Source: Octopus vulgaris
Lineage: Eukaryota
Reading direction: 5' to 3'
DNA length: 64,000 bases
NCBI GenBank assembly: GCA_951406725.2
Contig: OX597826.1
Coordinates: 15,190,001-15,254,000, forward strand
Shown here: piece by piece, positions 1 through 12,599 of the stretch
Layout: each line of letters begins with the position of its first letter
Position numbering within the stretch: position 1 is the stretch's first letter
Program-made: the position numbers and the translations under genes
Notes under the pieces: model-generated
The model's database searches: none
The model's input: only the letters and a program-made list of their open reading frames with translations
Told to the model about the DNA's origin: nothing

Positions 1-163
1 AGTCGATTACATCGACCCAGTGCGAAACTGGTACTTTATTTATCGACACCGAGAGGATGAAAGGCAAAGTCGACTTCGGCGGAATTTGAACTCAGAACGC
101 AACGACAGACGAAATACCGGTAAGCATTTCGCACGGCGTGCTAACGTTTCTGCCAGCTTGCCT
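1..163 (-). mobile_element. tRNA-derived SINE family A, partial
   Basis: Matches the multi-copy consensus GGCGAGCTGGCAGAA...GAGTTCAAATTCC...GCCTTTCATCCTTTCGGGGTCGATAAA. Confidence 0.85.
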
Positions 164-256
<93 letters not shown>

Positions 257-396
257 CAATAAAGATTCAAGTTAATTTAAATGAATTTACTTGAATATGG
301 TACCTAACTTAGATGCATCAAAAAACTATACGGTTTTAACAATACAGTAATGTGGGGTGATTATAAGCGAGAAAGAAGCAACAAGAATGGATAGGT

Positions 397-487
397 TTTT
401 AGTACAATCGTTTCATACAAGGACAGGCTTTATTAAAAGTTACAAAAATTGCAGCATATAAACGTATCCCGTACTCATCAGCTAAAA
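397..487 (-). ncRNA. Type I hammerhead ribozyme motif (mirror copy)
   Basis: Reverse complement of 792-882 with the core intact; two substitutions in stem II. Confidence 0.75.
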
Positions 488-791
488 TACATGTGAGTTC
501 TCTAGACATCCTAGTGGTTGAGGCTATACTCATGAAGTAATGTAGATAATTAAGTAACATAAACAGATTTCCAAAGTTCATTAAAGTTCTTTAAAGATGA
601 TGTACAGTATTATCACGTAGAATTTTAAAAGTTTTAATAGCATCACAGAGAAGGTGACTTAATCCATAGTGTACATATGAATTTCCAGAGATATGAGGAG
701 GGATCTGGAAATCTGTTTATGTTACTTAATTATCTACATTACTTCATGAGTATAGCCTCAACCACTAGGATGTCTAGAGAACTCACATGTA

Positions 792-882
792 TTTTAGCTG
801 ATGAGTACGGGACACGTTTATATGCTGCAATTTTTGCAACTTTTAATAAAGCCTGTCCTTGTATGAAACGATTGTACTAAAA
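792..882 (+). ncRNA. Type I hammerhead ribozyme motif
   Basis: Stem I TTTTAG/CTAAAA, core CTGATGA (798-804), long stem II GTAC-GGGACA...TGTCCTT-GTAT, GAAA (865-868), minimal stem III C-gatt-G, cleavage triplet GTA (874-876). Confidence 0.8.
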
Positions 883-912
883 ACCTATCCATTCTTGTTG
901 CTTCTTTCTCGC

Positions 913-955
<43 letters not shown>

Positions 956-957
956 TA

Positions 958-1122
958 TACGACGGGCTTCTTTCAGTTTCCGTCTACCAAACCCACTCAC
1001 AAGGCTTTGGTCGGTTCGAGGCTATAGTATAAGACACTTGCCCAAGGTGCCACGCAATGGGACTGAACCCAGAACCATGTGGATGGTAAACAACCTACTT
1101 ACCACACTGCCATTCCTGCGCC
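958..1122 (-). mobile_element. tRNA-derived CORE-like SINE family B, 5' half
   Basis: GGCGCAGGAATGGCAGTGTGG...GGTTCAGTCCC...ACCTTGGGCAAGT. Confidence 0.85.
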
Positions 1123-1646
1123 TAAAAAATTTCTGTTAAAATTTCTTAAAATAGTATTGATAAAAAAACAAAAAAAAAACACAAGAAATCTATGAAATGC
1201 AATGTGGCAAAAATGTTCAAGTAAAATGAAACAGAAATTTAGCGAAAACACATCAGGTATATAACACTTCCGACAAATGTTTCCGTTTATGAAAAAAAGA
1301 AAAAAAAATGTTTGATTCATTGCGTATTTGCTCAGCAGACTCTAGAACACGCAGTTTGCAGCAAATATTTCGCCCATAAATTTAGTAATAACGGAAAATT
1401 ACAAAAGTCAACTCATTAATATGTAAATGAACTGTATGAAGTTATGTCAGTAACACATTGATCAAACTTGATATGGTGGTTAATTGTGTTTAGCTGTCTG
1501 CTGCTTTTGGGTAAACAATTATTTTCTATGTAATCAAGTAGGCAAAGAATGTAAACTATATTCAAATCTCAAATATGCAAATTAGTCACAAGTTTTCAAA
1601 ATTTCAACTTGCTTACTTTCCTCAACAAATCAGCAATACATTTTAA

Positions 1647-1843
1647 AACGTTAGCACGCCGGGCGAGATGCGTAGCCGTATTTCGTCTGGCGTTACGTTC
1701 CGAGTTCAAATTCCGCCGAGGTCGACTTTGCCTTTCATCCTTTCGGGGTCGATAAATTAAGTACCAGTTACGCACTGGGGTCGATATAATCGACTTTATC
1801 CGTTTGCCTGTCCTTGTTTGTACCCTCTGTGTAGTAAAGAAAT
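1647..1843 (+). mobile_element. SINE family A
   Basis: Matches the other copies in the window. Confidence 0.85.
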
Positions 1844-2201
1844 ATATATTTTAATATTTGACGCCATTGTTAGTGTGTGAGTAGTTACTCTTCGTCTCAG
1901 TTCTACAACAATCTTTTCGCAAACATTTCTTTGTTTTTCTGTTGTTGCATAGAAAATTTCCCTGTACCAACCCAAAGTTGATATTTTGTAGATTCAGTAG
2001 GAACCTTTTAACTTTTTTTCTTTTATCCCTTGATCGCAGCTATGCTGGGGCGTCGGCTCGAACTTGTTTTGTTGAACAAATCAACTACTGGACTCTGTTT
2101 TAAAATCTAATACTTGTTCTATTGGCTTCTTTTGCCGAACCGCAAAGTTATTACAGGGACATAAATAAACCCTCACCGGTTGCTAAGCAGAAGTGTGGGA
2201 A

Positions 2202-2418
2202 AGGCGGCGAGCTGGCAGAATTGTTAGCACGCCGGGCGAAATGCTTAGCGGTATTTCTGAGTTCAAATTCCGCCGAGGTCAACTTTGCCTTTCATCTTTT
2301 CGGGGTCGATAAATTAAGTACCAGTTACGCACTGGGGTCGATCTAATCGACTTAATCCCTTTGTCTGTACTTGTTTGTCTCCTCTGTGTTTAGCCCCTTG
2401 TGGGTCGTAAAGAAGTAA
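2202..2418 (+). mobile_element. SINE family A, abutting a decayed family B 3' part (about 2030-2200, minus)
   Basis: A and B boxes and central domain present. Confidence 0.85.
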
Positions 2419-2532
2419 GAAGTAGGGGAACAAGAATAAACTCTCTCTCTCTCTCTCTCTTTGTCTCTGTCTGTCTGTCTGTCTTATCCCCCCTCTCTCT
2501 CATGCATTCATACGTTCTTCTTATTCACAAAG

Positions 2533-2827
2533 CTATACCTGCGCCTATCTTAAGCACACAGGCAATCCAGCACATGATCAACAATTTATCTGCAAAGGTT
2601 TTATACGCAAAATATGTCGGTTGTTTCAATGATACCATTTTTGAAAACTGCCCAGTTGACATTGTGGACAGCAGTCATGGCTATAACATGTGTATAGCAT
2701 ACAGAGCCATTGAGTATAATAATCTAGAATATTCTGTGCAATACATTCTTGTATGTTTTTGTTTGAAGCGAGTATGATTTTGATTTCCTCAAAATCTGTG
2801 AATTTCGTCAGGTGTAAAAACACGTGT
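2533..2827 (+). pseudogene. Possible WSC-domain pseudo-exon
   Basis: KYVGCFND...MCIAYR...VQYILVCFC, then after a frameshift RCKNTC; AG acceptor at 2531-2532 and GTATGT donor at 2828. Confidence 0.35.
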
Positions 2828-2939
2828 GTATGTCCTAGCTTGTTTTGAACAGATATGCTTTGATGCTGTGCTGTACTTACTCAAAGAAGTAATCATATCT
2901 TTTTGTGTTAGCATCGATGCTAATATTCTAAGGACGTCA

Positions 2940-3153
2940 GAGAGACGAGCCAGCAGAACCGTTAGCACCCAGGACAAAATACTTAGCGGCATTTAGTCTG
3001 TCGATAGGTTCTGAGTTCGAATTCTGCCGGGGTCAGCTTTACCTTTCATCATTTCGGGGTCAATAAAATATGTACCAGTCGAGTGCTGGGGTCAATGTAA
3101 TCGACATATCCCCTCAACCGAAATTGCTGAACCTGTGCCGAAATTTGAAATCG
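2940..3153 (+). mobile_element. SINE family A, diverged
   Basis: Same consensus with many substitutions. Confidence 0.75.
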
Positions 3154-3574
3154 ATATTCTAAGAACCTTTGAAAAATCCAATCCAATTCCCTAAAATGCT
3201 AAAATATCTGAGGCAAATTTGTAATTAGAGGCATTGAAATATCCTAATTTCTTATTTTATGGATCCAGATTTTGAGGTTACTCTGTACACATTAATATAT
3301 ATTGTGTATTTTTATGAAAATGATCCCAAATCAGAATATGTTCTCTGATAAAATCAACAATTCCAGAAATGACATTTGTATAATTTTACTGTTCTAAATT
3401 AATGGTCTGATTCCCTGACATGTCAGGCTGATGTCATCGATATTAATCTGATTCGAATGATATGGATCCAGCATGAGTTACTACTCCGTGTTTTTTTTTT
3501 TTTTTGGTGGGAGAAAAACCAGGCTGGTGATGAGAGAAGCATTGAGAGTTCGGTGCGTGGGTGCCCATGTCATG

Positions 3575-3858
3575 ATTAGTATGGTGGTGGTGATGGTGAT
3601 GGTGGTGAGGATCACCGGGATGATAATAGTGATAAGGGTGATGCTGGTTATGATGATAATGTGATGATGATGACAATAACGAAGACGACGATAATGATGA
3701 TGATAATGACGACGTCGATGACGACGACGACGACGATGATGATGATGATGATGATGATGATGCTTCTGCTGAGGAAAAGGATGATGTTGCTGTTATCGTT
3801 GCTATTGTTGCTGTGATTTTGCTGTTGCTGCTGCCGATGATGATGATGATGATGATGT

Positions 3859-3889
<31 letters not shown>

Positions 3890-3890
3890 A
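3575..3890. repeat. Compound (GAT/GAC/GCT)n trinucleotide repeat
   Basis: Direct reading. Confidence 0.9.
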
Positions 3891-4000
3891 AAGACGAGCA
3901 TTGTAATAGAGATGCATGCAAGCTGCACTCTATCTGCCAGTTGGAAATACACTTTGCAATCTACAAAGTCAATTGAAACTGTATATTTATGTAATATAGT

Positions 4001-4399
4001 CGCAGGGTTGACTGTGTGGTTAGTAGCTTGCTTACCAACCACATGGATCCAGGTTCTGTCGCAATACGTGGCACCTCGGGCAAGTTTCTTCTACTATAGC
4101 CTCGGGTCGATCAAAGCTTTCTGAATGGATTTGGTAGACGGAAACTGAAAGAAGCCTGTCGAATATATATATATATATGTTTGTATGTGTTTGTGTTTGT
4201 GTGTTTGTCTCCCAACATCGCTTGACAACCGATGCTGGTGTGTTTACGCTGAGGAGATATTTACGGTTCGGCAAATAGGTCCGATAGAATAAGTACAAGG
4301 CTCACAAAGAATAAGTCCCGGGGTCGATTTGCTCGACTAAAGGCGGAGCTCCAGCATGGCCACAGTCAAATGACGGAAACTAGTAAGACAGTAAAAGAA
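4001..4399 (+). mobile_element. SINE family B, full length
   Basis: Head, internal TA/TG microsatellite, and the ...CCAGCATGGCC.CAGTCAAATGAC...GTAAAAGA tail. Confidence 0.85.
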
Positions 4400-4756
4400 C
4401 ATATATATATACTGTTATTCTTTTACTTGTTTCAGTCATTTAAGTGCGGCCATACTGGAGCACCGACTTTAAGGGTTTTTTAGTCGAAGAAATCGACCCG
4501 CATGACTTATTCTTTGTCCGGGGATTGGTGGGGGGTGTCAAGTACTTATTCTATGGTGCTCTTTTGCTGAACCGCTAAGACGTAAACACACCAACATCGG
4601 TTGTCAAGTGAAGATGGCACAAACACAGACACAATGATATACACACATACATATATATACATATATATATGTGTATATATATATTATATCTATCTATATA
4701 TACATATGTGTGTGTGTGTGTGTGTATGTATGTGTATATATATATATATATATGTA

Positions 4757-5029
4757 CTTTATTCAAAGCAGCAGAAAATTCAGCAAAACCTGTTATTCTG
4801 AGTTTCCCGTTGCCGTTCGTCGGACAGTTTTTGCTAGAATGGAACCGATATGTGGATTCTATCCAGACTATTGTAAACGCTACACCTTTAAAAGAATGGA
4901 CTTGTTTGATTGGCCCTTTATGGATAGAATCCACATATCGGTTCCATTCTAGCAAAAACTGTCCAACGAACGGCAACGGGAAACTCAGAGTAACAGTTTT
5001 TGTTGAATTTTCTGCTGCTTTGAATAAAG
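4757..5029. mobile_element. Fold-back element: 109-bp inverted arms (4757-4865 / 4921-5029) with variant hammerheads
   Basis: The arms are near-perfect reverse complements around a 55-bp spacer; the element lies between the two halves of a SINE. Confidence 0.85.
4951..5004 (+). ncRNA. Variant or degenerate type I hammerhead motif (mirror at 4782-4835, minus)
   Basis: Stem I AGCAAAAACTGT/ACAGTTTTTGTT, core CCAACGA (CCGACGA in the mirror), short stem II with a GCAA loop, GAAAC-TCAGA-GTA. Confidence 0.55.
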
Positions 5030-5098
5030 CATATTACTCTACCACTGGTATTTGAGTACTCCTTTTTCCACCTTGTTTCACATTTATGTGTTTACTCC

Positions 5099-5148
<50 letters not shown>

Positions 5149-5803
5149 GGGTTTCTTGCAGACTCCATCATCCAAATAAACTCATAGTAGGAGACACTTG
5201 CCCAAGGTGCCACGCAAAGGGGCTGAACTTGCAACCATGAGGTTGGGAAGCAAGCTTCTTACCACACAGCCACGCCATACATTATATAATGTATGTGTAT
5301 ATATACATACGCATTCATAGTATGCGCATATATATGTCTGATACTGAGTTTTCGTGCGTGTTGTATGTATGTAGAACAGATATAGAAAAAAAGATCGATT
5401 TAAGTATGACAAGATATGGTTAGACTTCTGACATGCAACATTTTACAAGAACTGGCATCTCATTTCCATATATTCTTCACACCAGTTATTTGTTCACACA
5501 CACGTGTGCACGGTGGTGTGTGTTTGTGTGTGTGTGTGTGTGTGTATTCATTCGTATGCTTGTGTATTAGTGTGTATATGCGCGTATGTCAGCCTCTCAT
5601 CATTGTCTATTTTTCTACCGCTTTCTGTATCAGCCTATGTATTCTGCCTGTCCATCTGTTCATGTCGATATAAATGTACGCCTGTGAAATCACAATAAGA
5701 GCGTTTTCATTACATCTTATCGTCTTCTTTTTATGTCAGCCTTTCATACATTGCTTGCCAACAACCATACGTTTACACGCACAGGCGTTTCGACATGAGA
5801 GCT

Positions 5804-5838
<35 letters not shown>

Positions 5839-5858
5839 AGTATGACTGCATGTGTGTA

Positions 5859-6200
<342 letters not shown>

Positions 6201-6453
6201 TTTCTATGTATGTGTGCCTAATCGCACATACATAGACAAGTATATAAAGATGCACATGCACATGTGTGTGTAAGTATTATGTGCAAGTGCACTCTTGCTG
6301 CATAGTCACAGTAAACAACTGCCTTTTACCCCACTTACTACCGGCTTCAGGAGAGAAATACGAACTCTTAGTCTGATCTAACCTCGATGTATTATTTACA
6401 CGTTGATTCAGCCTTCGGCGTTCGATCATCTGCTGGGTAAGTGACCTTCTTTT

Positions 6454-6516
<63 letters not shown>

Positions 6517-6655
6517 TAGCTGTAATATGTTTGTCACATATTTCAATTGCTAAAGGAAAATATACTGCTGTTACCGTGCCACGGTATATATTGATGTAAA
6601 ACTCTAACTCGCATACATATATCTGTGTGCGTGCGTGCGTGTGTGTTTCTGTGTG

Positions 6656-6696
<41 letters not shown>

Positions 6697-6772
6697 TTGG
6701 GTGTGTTCGCGTCATTGCGCGTGCGTATTGGTACACACTGGTGCACTATAGTATACACTGACACACTCATAA

Positions 6773-7890
6773 ATATGAGGGCTGAAATCTCATAGGCTGA
6801 CCAAGACACCCTTATGGAATGTGACCAAATGAGATTTACTTCTCAACCTAGTTCGCTTGCGGCCTACATACTTCTTGGATCCCGTTGGTGAAGAAGCGTG
6901 CATCTTGTCAGTCAAAGGCAACACCAGCACCAGATTAGACGTCATCATCACTGCGCCACTGGTTCCAAGCTAAGTGTTGGGATATAGTTGATAGTCAGAT
7001 GGGGTAATTAGAAGAATAGAGAGGTTGATTATCTTCTTGACTGTCGAAAGCGACAGTCAAGCACAGCAACCATTTAAAATATGCACTTGTTTGATAGAGC
7101 ATTGTCTTGAGGAGTCAAAACCCCTTTCATCAGTTTTGTTAAGCGTTTGGTCATCATAGACTTTCGTAACTGTCTCAGTGAGTTAGTACAGTTTCTCCAT
7201 TGATTGTGTGACCAATTGAAGATAGTCAATAAACACAATACATTTTGTATTCCAAAAAACTGAGGACTTTACCTTCCCTGCAGATGAAACGACCTTGGCC
7301 TTTGGAGCAGGTGAGGAGGGATGTTTTCACTGTACGTACTGACTCTTTCTCCTTATCTCTGGCTGAAAGTGATGAACCAAACACCCATCCTGTCATAGAA
7401 GATATTGAAGGAAATCAGCCTCAAACAGTGTTAGATTCCCCCGGGATGTGATTAATCTGTATCAGGAGATGTGGGGCCCACTGAGAAGATCTCATCATAC
7501 CAAGTTCATTGTGCAGAGTATTCTCAATTATGCCTCGGGATGTGCCAATAGCATTGGCTATTTGTTTCATTGTCAATCGCGGTTAATATTCTCAGTGATG
7601 GCGGTACAGGACCTCTAGACCTTGGGTCAACTTCAAGACTCTTTGTTCCCCTCCTAAATTAAGCTGTCCACTTTTACAACGTTGATAAAGCTGGAGCATC
7701 TTTCCCTAATGCAGTAACCACGTCAACGTAAATGTCCTTGGTCATTAAAACCTTTCACTGCAAGTAATTGATAATACCCAGATGCAAAAGTTTGTCTATT
7801 TTCAAGAGAAGTCGCTACTAGTTACTTTTGAAGTCTTGTTTGAATAATCAGATGTCAGGTTGCATGCAGAGGAACAATGCAGTTATTAAC
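6773..7890 (-). mobile_element. Older mariner relic (different family)
   Basis: Minus strand reads ALGKDAPALSTL*KWTA*FRRGTKSLEVDPRS and WAPHLL; TIR-like end at 6773; many stops; the second TIR was not found. Confidence 0.7.
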
Positions 7891-8056
7891 AGTAACACTC
7901 CATGACCACAGCATTAATTTGCTTGCTCCATCTACGCCGTGTGTGGTGGTCCCTTTCTGTATATCGACAGGCTGGAGCCGGACCAGAATCTCTGAGCCTG
8001 CCAGATGCAACACTGTCACCACCAATGGCTTCAGTTTCCTTACCACCATTAGGTGG

Positions 8057-8143
<87 letters not shown>

Positions 8144-8441
8144 CAAGTGGTGAGCTGGCAGAATAGTCAGCACGGTGGGGCGAAATACTTAGTGGCATTT
8201 CTCCAATCTTTACGTTCTTAGTTCAAATTTATTGAGTACGATAATGTCTTGTAGTGAGTTTTGTATCTGTTCATTCGTTTGAAGTTTCATGCCATATACT
8301 TACATAGTCGTCTTCAAAGATGTATTCAGTTCTGTGGCCATACAGTTTCTACAGAAGTTTGAAAGTATATTTTGCCACTATATGATTGATGCAATCCTGT
8401 CACGTCTCTAGTTCTCATAGACCAATTGGGGAAGCAATTTA

Positions 8442-9616
8442 TCAGGTTGAGTAAAAAGTAAGAAACGTTTTGAACCATGAAAAATTTGTACGGTTTCTTG
8501 CAGAGTGTCGAATTTTTTAAAGTATTTTTTTGCAATTGTCTGATCATATAGGCATGAACTTGCCCAAATGCATCAATAAATTAAATTAACATTGATGTTT
8601 TTTACACCGTTTTTACAATAATCTGAAATGGAACTGTCAAAGGGTGATATTCAAGCAATTTTGCTATTCAACTTCAAAAAAGGACGTAAAGCAGCTGAAA
8701 CTGTTCGCGATATAAACGAAATGTTTGGTGAGGAAAGGGTGGTCAGCTCGAAAATGGTTTAAACGATTTCGTAGTGGAAGATCATGAGCGTAGTGGACGC
8801 CCATCTGTCATCGATGACGGTCAATTAAAACCGTCCTTGAGAAAGATCCACATAAACCACTCGAGAACTGGTAAGATAACTTCAAGTGAGCCAGAAATCT
8901 AACTGCAACCATTTGCATGCGATCGAAAAATCAAAAAGCTCGACAAATGGGTACCACATGATTTGAATGAAAATCAGAAAATGCGCAGATATGAAATTTG
9001 TTCGATATTTCTTCTCTGTAACCAGACTGATCAATTTCTCGACCGTATTGTAACTTACTCTTCAAAAAGAAGGTTCTGGGGATTGTTTGGTGGTATGCTG
9101 CTGGACTTATCCACTATAACTTATTAAAACCCGGAAAAACTATTACTTCGAAAACATATTGCCAGAAAATTGCCAGAATGAACGAAAAACTGTTACTCCT
9201 CCGTCCCAGACAGGTCAACAGAAGAGGACCAATCATTCTTCAGGACAATGCTCGACCACGCGTTTCACTAGCGACGCTCCAGAAGTTGAGGGAACTTGAC
9301 TACGAAGTTCTTCCCTACCCAGGTTATTCTCCAGACATTTCTCCTACCGACTACCAGTTTTTCAACCACCTTTGATGTTTTCCTGCGAGAGGAGGAGTTC
9401 AAAAGTCAAACCGATGCTGAAAGTGCATTCTAAGAGTTCATCATCTCCAGAACTCTAGATGTTTATGTTTCCGGAATAAACAAACGTGTAACTCATTGGC
9501 ATAAAATGTGTTGATTGTAATGGTACTTACTTTGATGAATAAAATTTCCACATTGTTGAAATATATTGTGAGGAATTTCAAGTTTCAAAACGTTGCTTGC
9601 TTTTTACTCAGCCTGA
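8442..9616 (+). mobile_element. Mariner transposon relic with both TIRs and TA target duplication
   Basis: TA|TCAGGTTGAGTAAAAAGTAAG...CTTGCTTTTTACTCAGCCTGA|TA; disrupted transposase from 8628 with WVPHDL, QDNARP and YSPDISPTDY motifs. Confidence 0.92.
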
Positions 9617-10557
9617 TACATTCAGATAGTATATGCACAATAACCTTTTCCCTTTCACCTTATAGTCTACATTTAGCCAAGCTGTTATATTCATATATTT
9701 CTTGATATATCTTGTGTTGATTATCTGACCTTGCGCAACTGGAATTAAACGCATGTCTTTATTTTTTCTTCTCCCCTCTTTAACCATTTGAATGACTTTT
9801 AATTTCGGTAAACTTCGATATCGTTGCTTTCTAGCTCCGAGTACTTTGCTTTTTGTCTGTTTCATCAGCTAACATATTTCCTCTTCTTTTTAACAAAAGG
9901 GTCTCTTTAATGTCTAAAACTCCCTATATGCCTTCTTAATTTGTTTAGTTGCACTTCTAAATTGTTCTACATTTATTAATCCTATTCTTGTATCCTTTCT
10001 ATTGAAATACAGTAAGTCAGAACACGCTTGTAGGTGATCTTGCACATTGTTAGCAATATCTTTGCTTTTCTATCTACTCAAACTCTTTTCTTTACTCCCT
10101 TGATTATTCAAGCGATATACCTGATGATGAGAACATCTCTTGAGTTTCATTCATTGTTGTAGTCTTTATACAATCAATTTACAAACCCCAAGGCATTCAT
10201 ATCTATCATCAGCATCAGACTCCATATTTTCGTTCGATGGTTTATTCAGTCTCTTTTCTGGTATTCTCCTTTCTTCATCGCAAAAGTTCGGAAACACTCT
10301 AATAGTACTAACAAAGGTATTGAATTCCATCTCTGTCCTGTTGTTAAATTTTAGATCGACTATGAATAGCAAATCGTTAAATATATCTTTAGTGTTTACT
10401 GGGCTATATCGAGCATATACATTCCTCAGATCCAATGAGAGTTGGGTAACAGCATTAACAAACAGTAGGGGCGATAGACTATGACCGTGGGAGATATTTT
10501 GAACTATTTTCGCGTTTCCAAATAAGTGTCTACTCGCTTCCGGCTGTCCATTTTCCG

Positions 10558-11028
<471 letters not shown>

Positions 11029-11375
11029 ATGAATGTATGCGTGTGCATATGTACACATATATAAATAGTTCGCATATATATATATAGGCATATACCCCAA
11101 TATATGTGCATATGTACATACATATATACATACATACAAGCATACATACATAGTGATTGTCAGACGTATAAATTTCTCAAGAGGCGCAGTGTTCAGAACC
11201 TGCAGGCAACACATCTTTTTTCAATCTTCGTCTATTTCATATATGTACAATGTATATACCTGCATTTGTGTGTGTATGAACGTATGCATATGTGTATGTA
11301 TGGATATGTATATGTGTGGACATGTATATAGTACAAACATATACATACATACATGGTGATTGTCTACTCCTTATG

Positions 11376-11703
11376 CAGAGTTTGACCACATCCTGTACCT
11401 TCACCTTAGCACCATGATGGCGTTTGATGTAACTTTTGAAACCAGACAATGTTCTGAAAAGTCACCCACATCGATTGCACCTCCGATTTGCACCACCAAG
11501 ACCTGCAGCTAAGTTCCGATCCTTGTGGATCTTAAAATGTCTTTTGAGGCCTCCGTTGGATTTGAAAACCTTCTTGCATACAACGTATTCAAAGGTGTGC
11601 ACAGACATATAGCCAGAATAGCTGGTGGAGGTTCGCATTCCATGCGTTCACAGATGAGATTTGAGGCCAGCAAAAGACAGGAATGGTCTGTCATAAACCA
11701 TAA

Positions 11704-11705
<2 letters not shown>
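11376..11705 (-). pseudogene. Decayed C2H2 zinc-finger array (RTE-LINE C-terminus or ZNF pseudogene)
   Basis: RPFLSFAGLKSHL*TH, FEYVVCKKVFKSNGGLKRHFKIH, RCNRCG*LFRTLSGFKSYIKRHH. Confidence 0.55.
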
Positions 11706-11757
<52 letters not shown>

Positions 11758-12277
11758 ATATAGGTAGAGAGATAGATATACAAGTATAATAAACAGAATG
11801 GAGAAAGTTCAAACGAGGCAAACTACAATGAACACATGAATACGGATTTCATAACGATAAAAATTGTCCAACATGATTATGGACACTAATATGGGCAGGT
11901 GTAGACTATGCATAAAAGTACATACACTTTCCTCCGCCTGTCGAATTCTCCCGTATTAAATAAGTTTTCCGATGCTGCTCATTCATGTAGCCACAGATAT
12001 TACCCAACTTTCACGAGACTTTTTAAATCCGAATATACTCAACAGTAACCTTACCAAGTTACACCGCATTACTTAACGTCATAACACGATATTGCCTATA
12101 ACGCGATATTGCCAATATGAATATAAATTTTAATTAAGACAACAAGTAAGGTAGTTTTTACTCCCATCAGCCCTCATATAGACTTCCACCATATGCAAGA
12201 TATATCTGTTCTTCCATAAAAGCTTCCAGTTACCTTATACCTTGGCAACGAACTGAATGCATACTGTAAACATCATT

Positions 12278-12368
12278 TTTTCGCTGATGAAGGAGACGTT
12301 CTTTGAAAATGAATTTTAAGATTCATTTTTTAGTCGGAGGACTGAACCCCTGAAACGGCCGTAGGAAT
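12278..12368 (+). ncRNA. Type I hammerhead motif with long stem II
   Basis: CTGATGA (12284-12290), AGG...AAATGAAT/ATTCATTT...CCT, GAAAC-GGCC-GTA (palindrome ACGGCCGT); first pair of stem I is mismatched. Confidence 0.65.
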
Positions 12369-12599
12369 ATTTTTTTTAATATGTAACCTAAAAAGTTTTT
12401 TGACGTCAATTATTTTCTCTTCACTATATCTTTAATTCTTTTTCTAAAAATACGTTTCTATCAATAATCCTATATTTCATTTTGTTATTACTATGTTTGT
12501 ACATTCATATGTTTATATGTCCATATGTATTTTTAATATTCGTATATTTTTATATATATTTTTAATATATCAATATGTTTTTTGGACAATTTCTGTCTT

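Larger units (their letters stand above)
367..912. mobile_element. Fold-back element: 207-bp inverted arms (367-573 / 706-912) carrying hammerhead motifs; probably Penelope-like terminal repeat
   Basis: The arms are reverse complements with about 2 mismatches around a 132-bp spacer; the mirrored ORFs 399-581(-) and 677-880(+) reflect this. Confidence 0.85.
4416..5277 (-). mobile_element. SINE family B split by a nested fold-back insertion
   Basis: 3' half at 4416-4640, 5' half at about 5146-5277, separated by microsatellite and the 4757-5100 element. Confidence 0.7.

Noticed and set aside
677-880. Duplicated 60-67-aa ORFs on opposite strands (possible small-protein pair)
   Set aside because: Explained by the inverted repeat; the RNA structure is the better explanation.
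3443-4042. 199-aa ORF and the many [16 protein letters not shown] ORFs across the window
   Set aside because: Translations of microsatellites; no coding signal.
6380-6450. Minus-strand CAGATGA...CGAAG motif
   Set aside because: Too degenerate to call.
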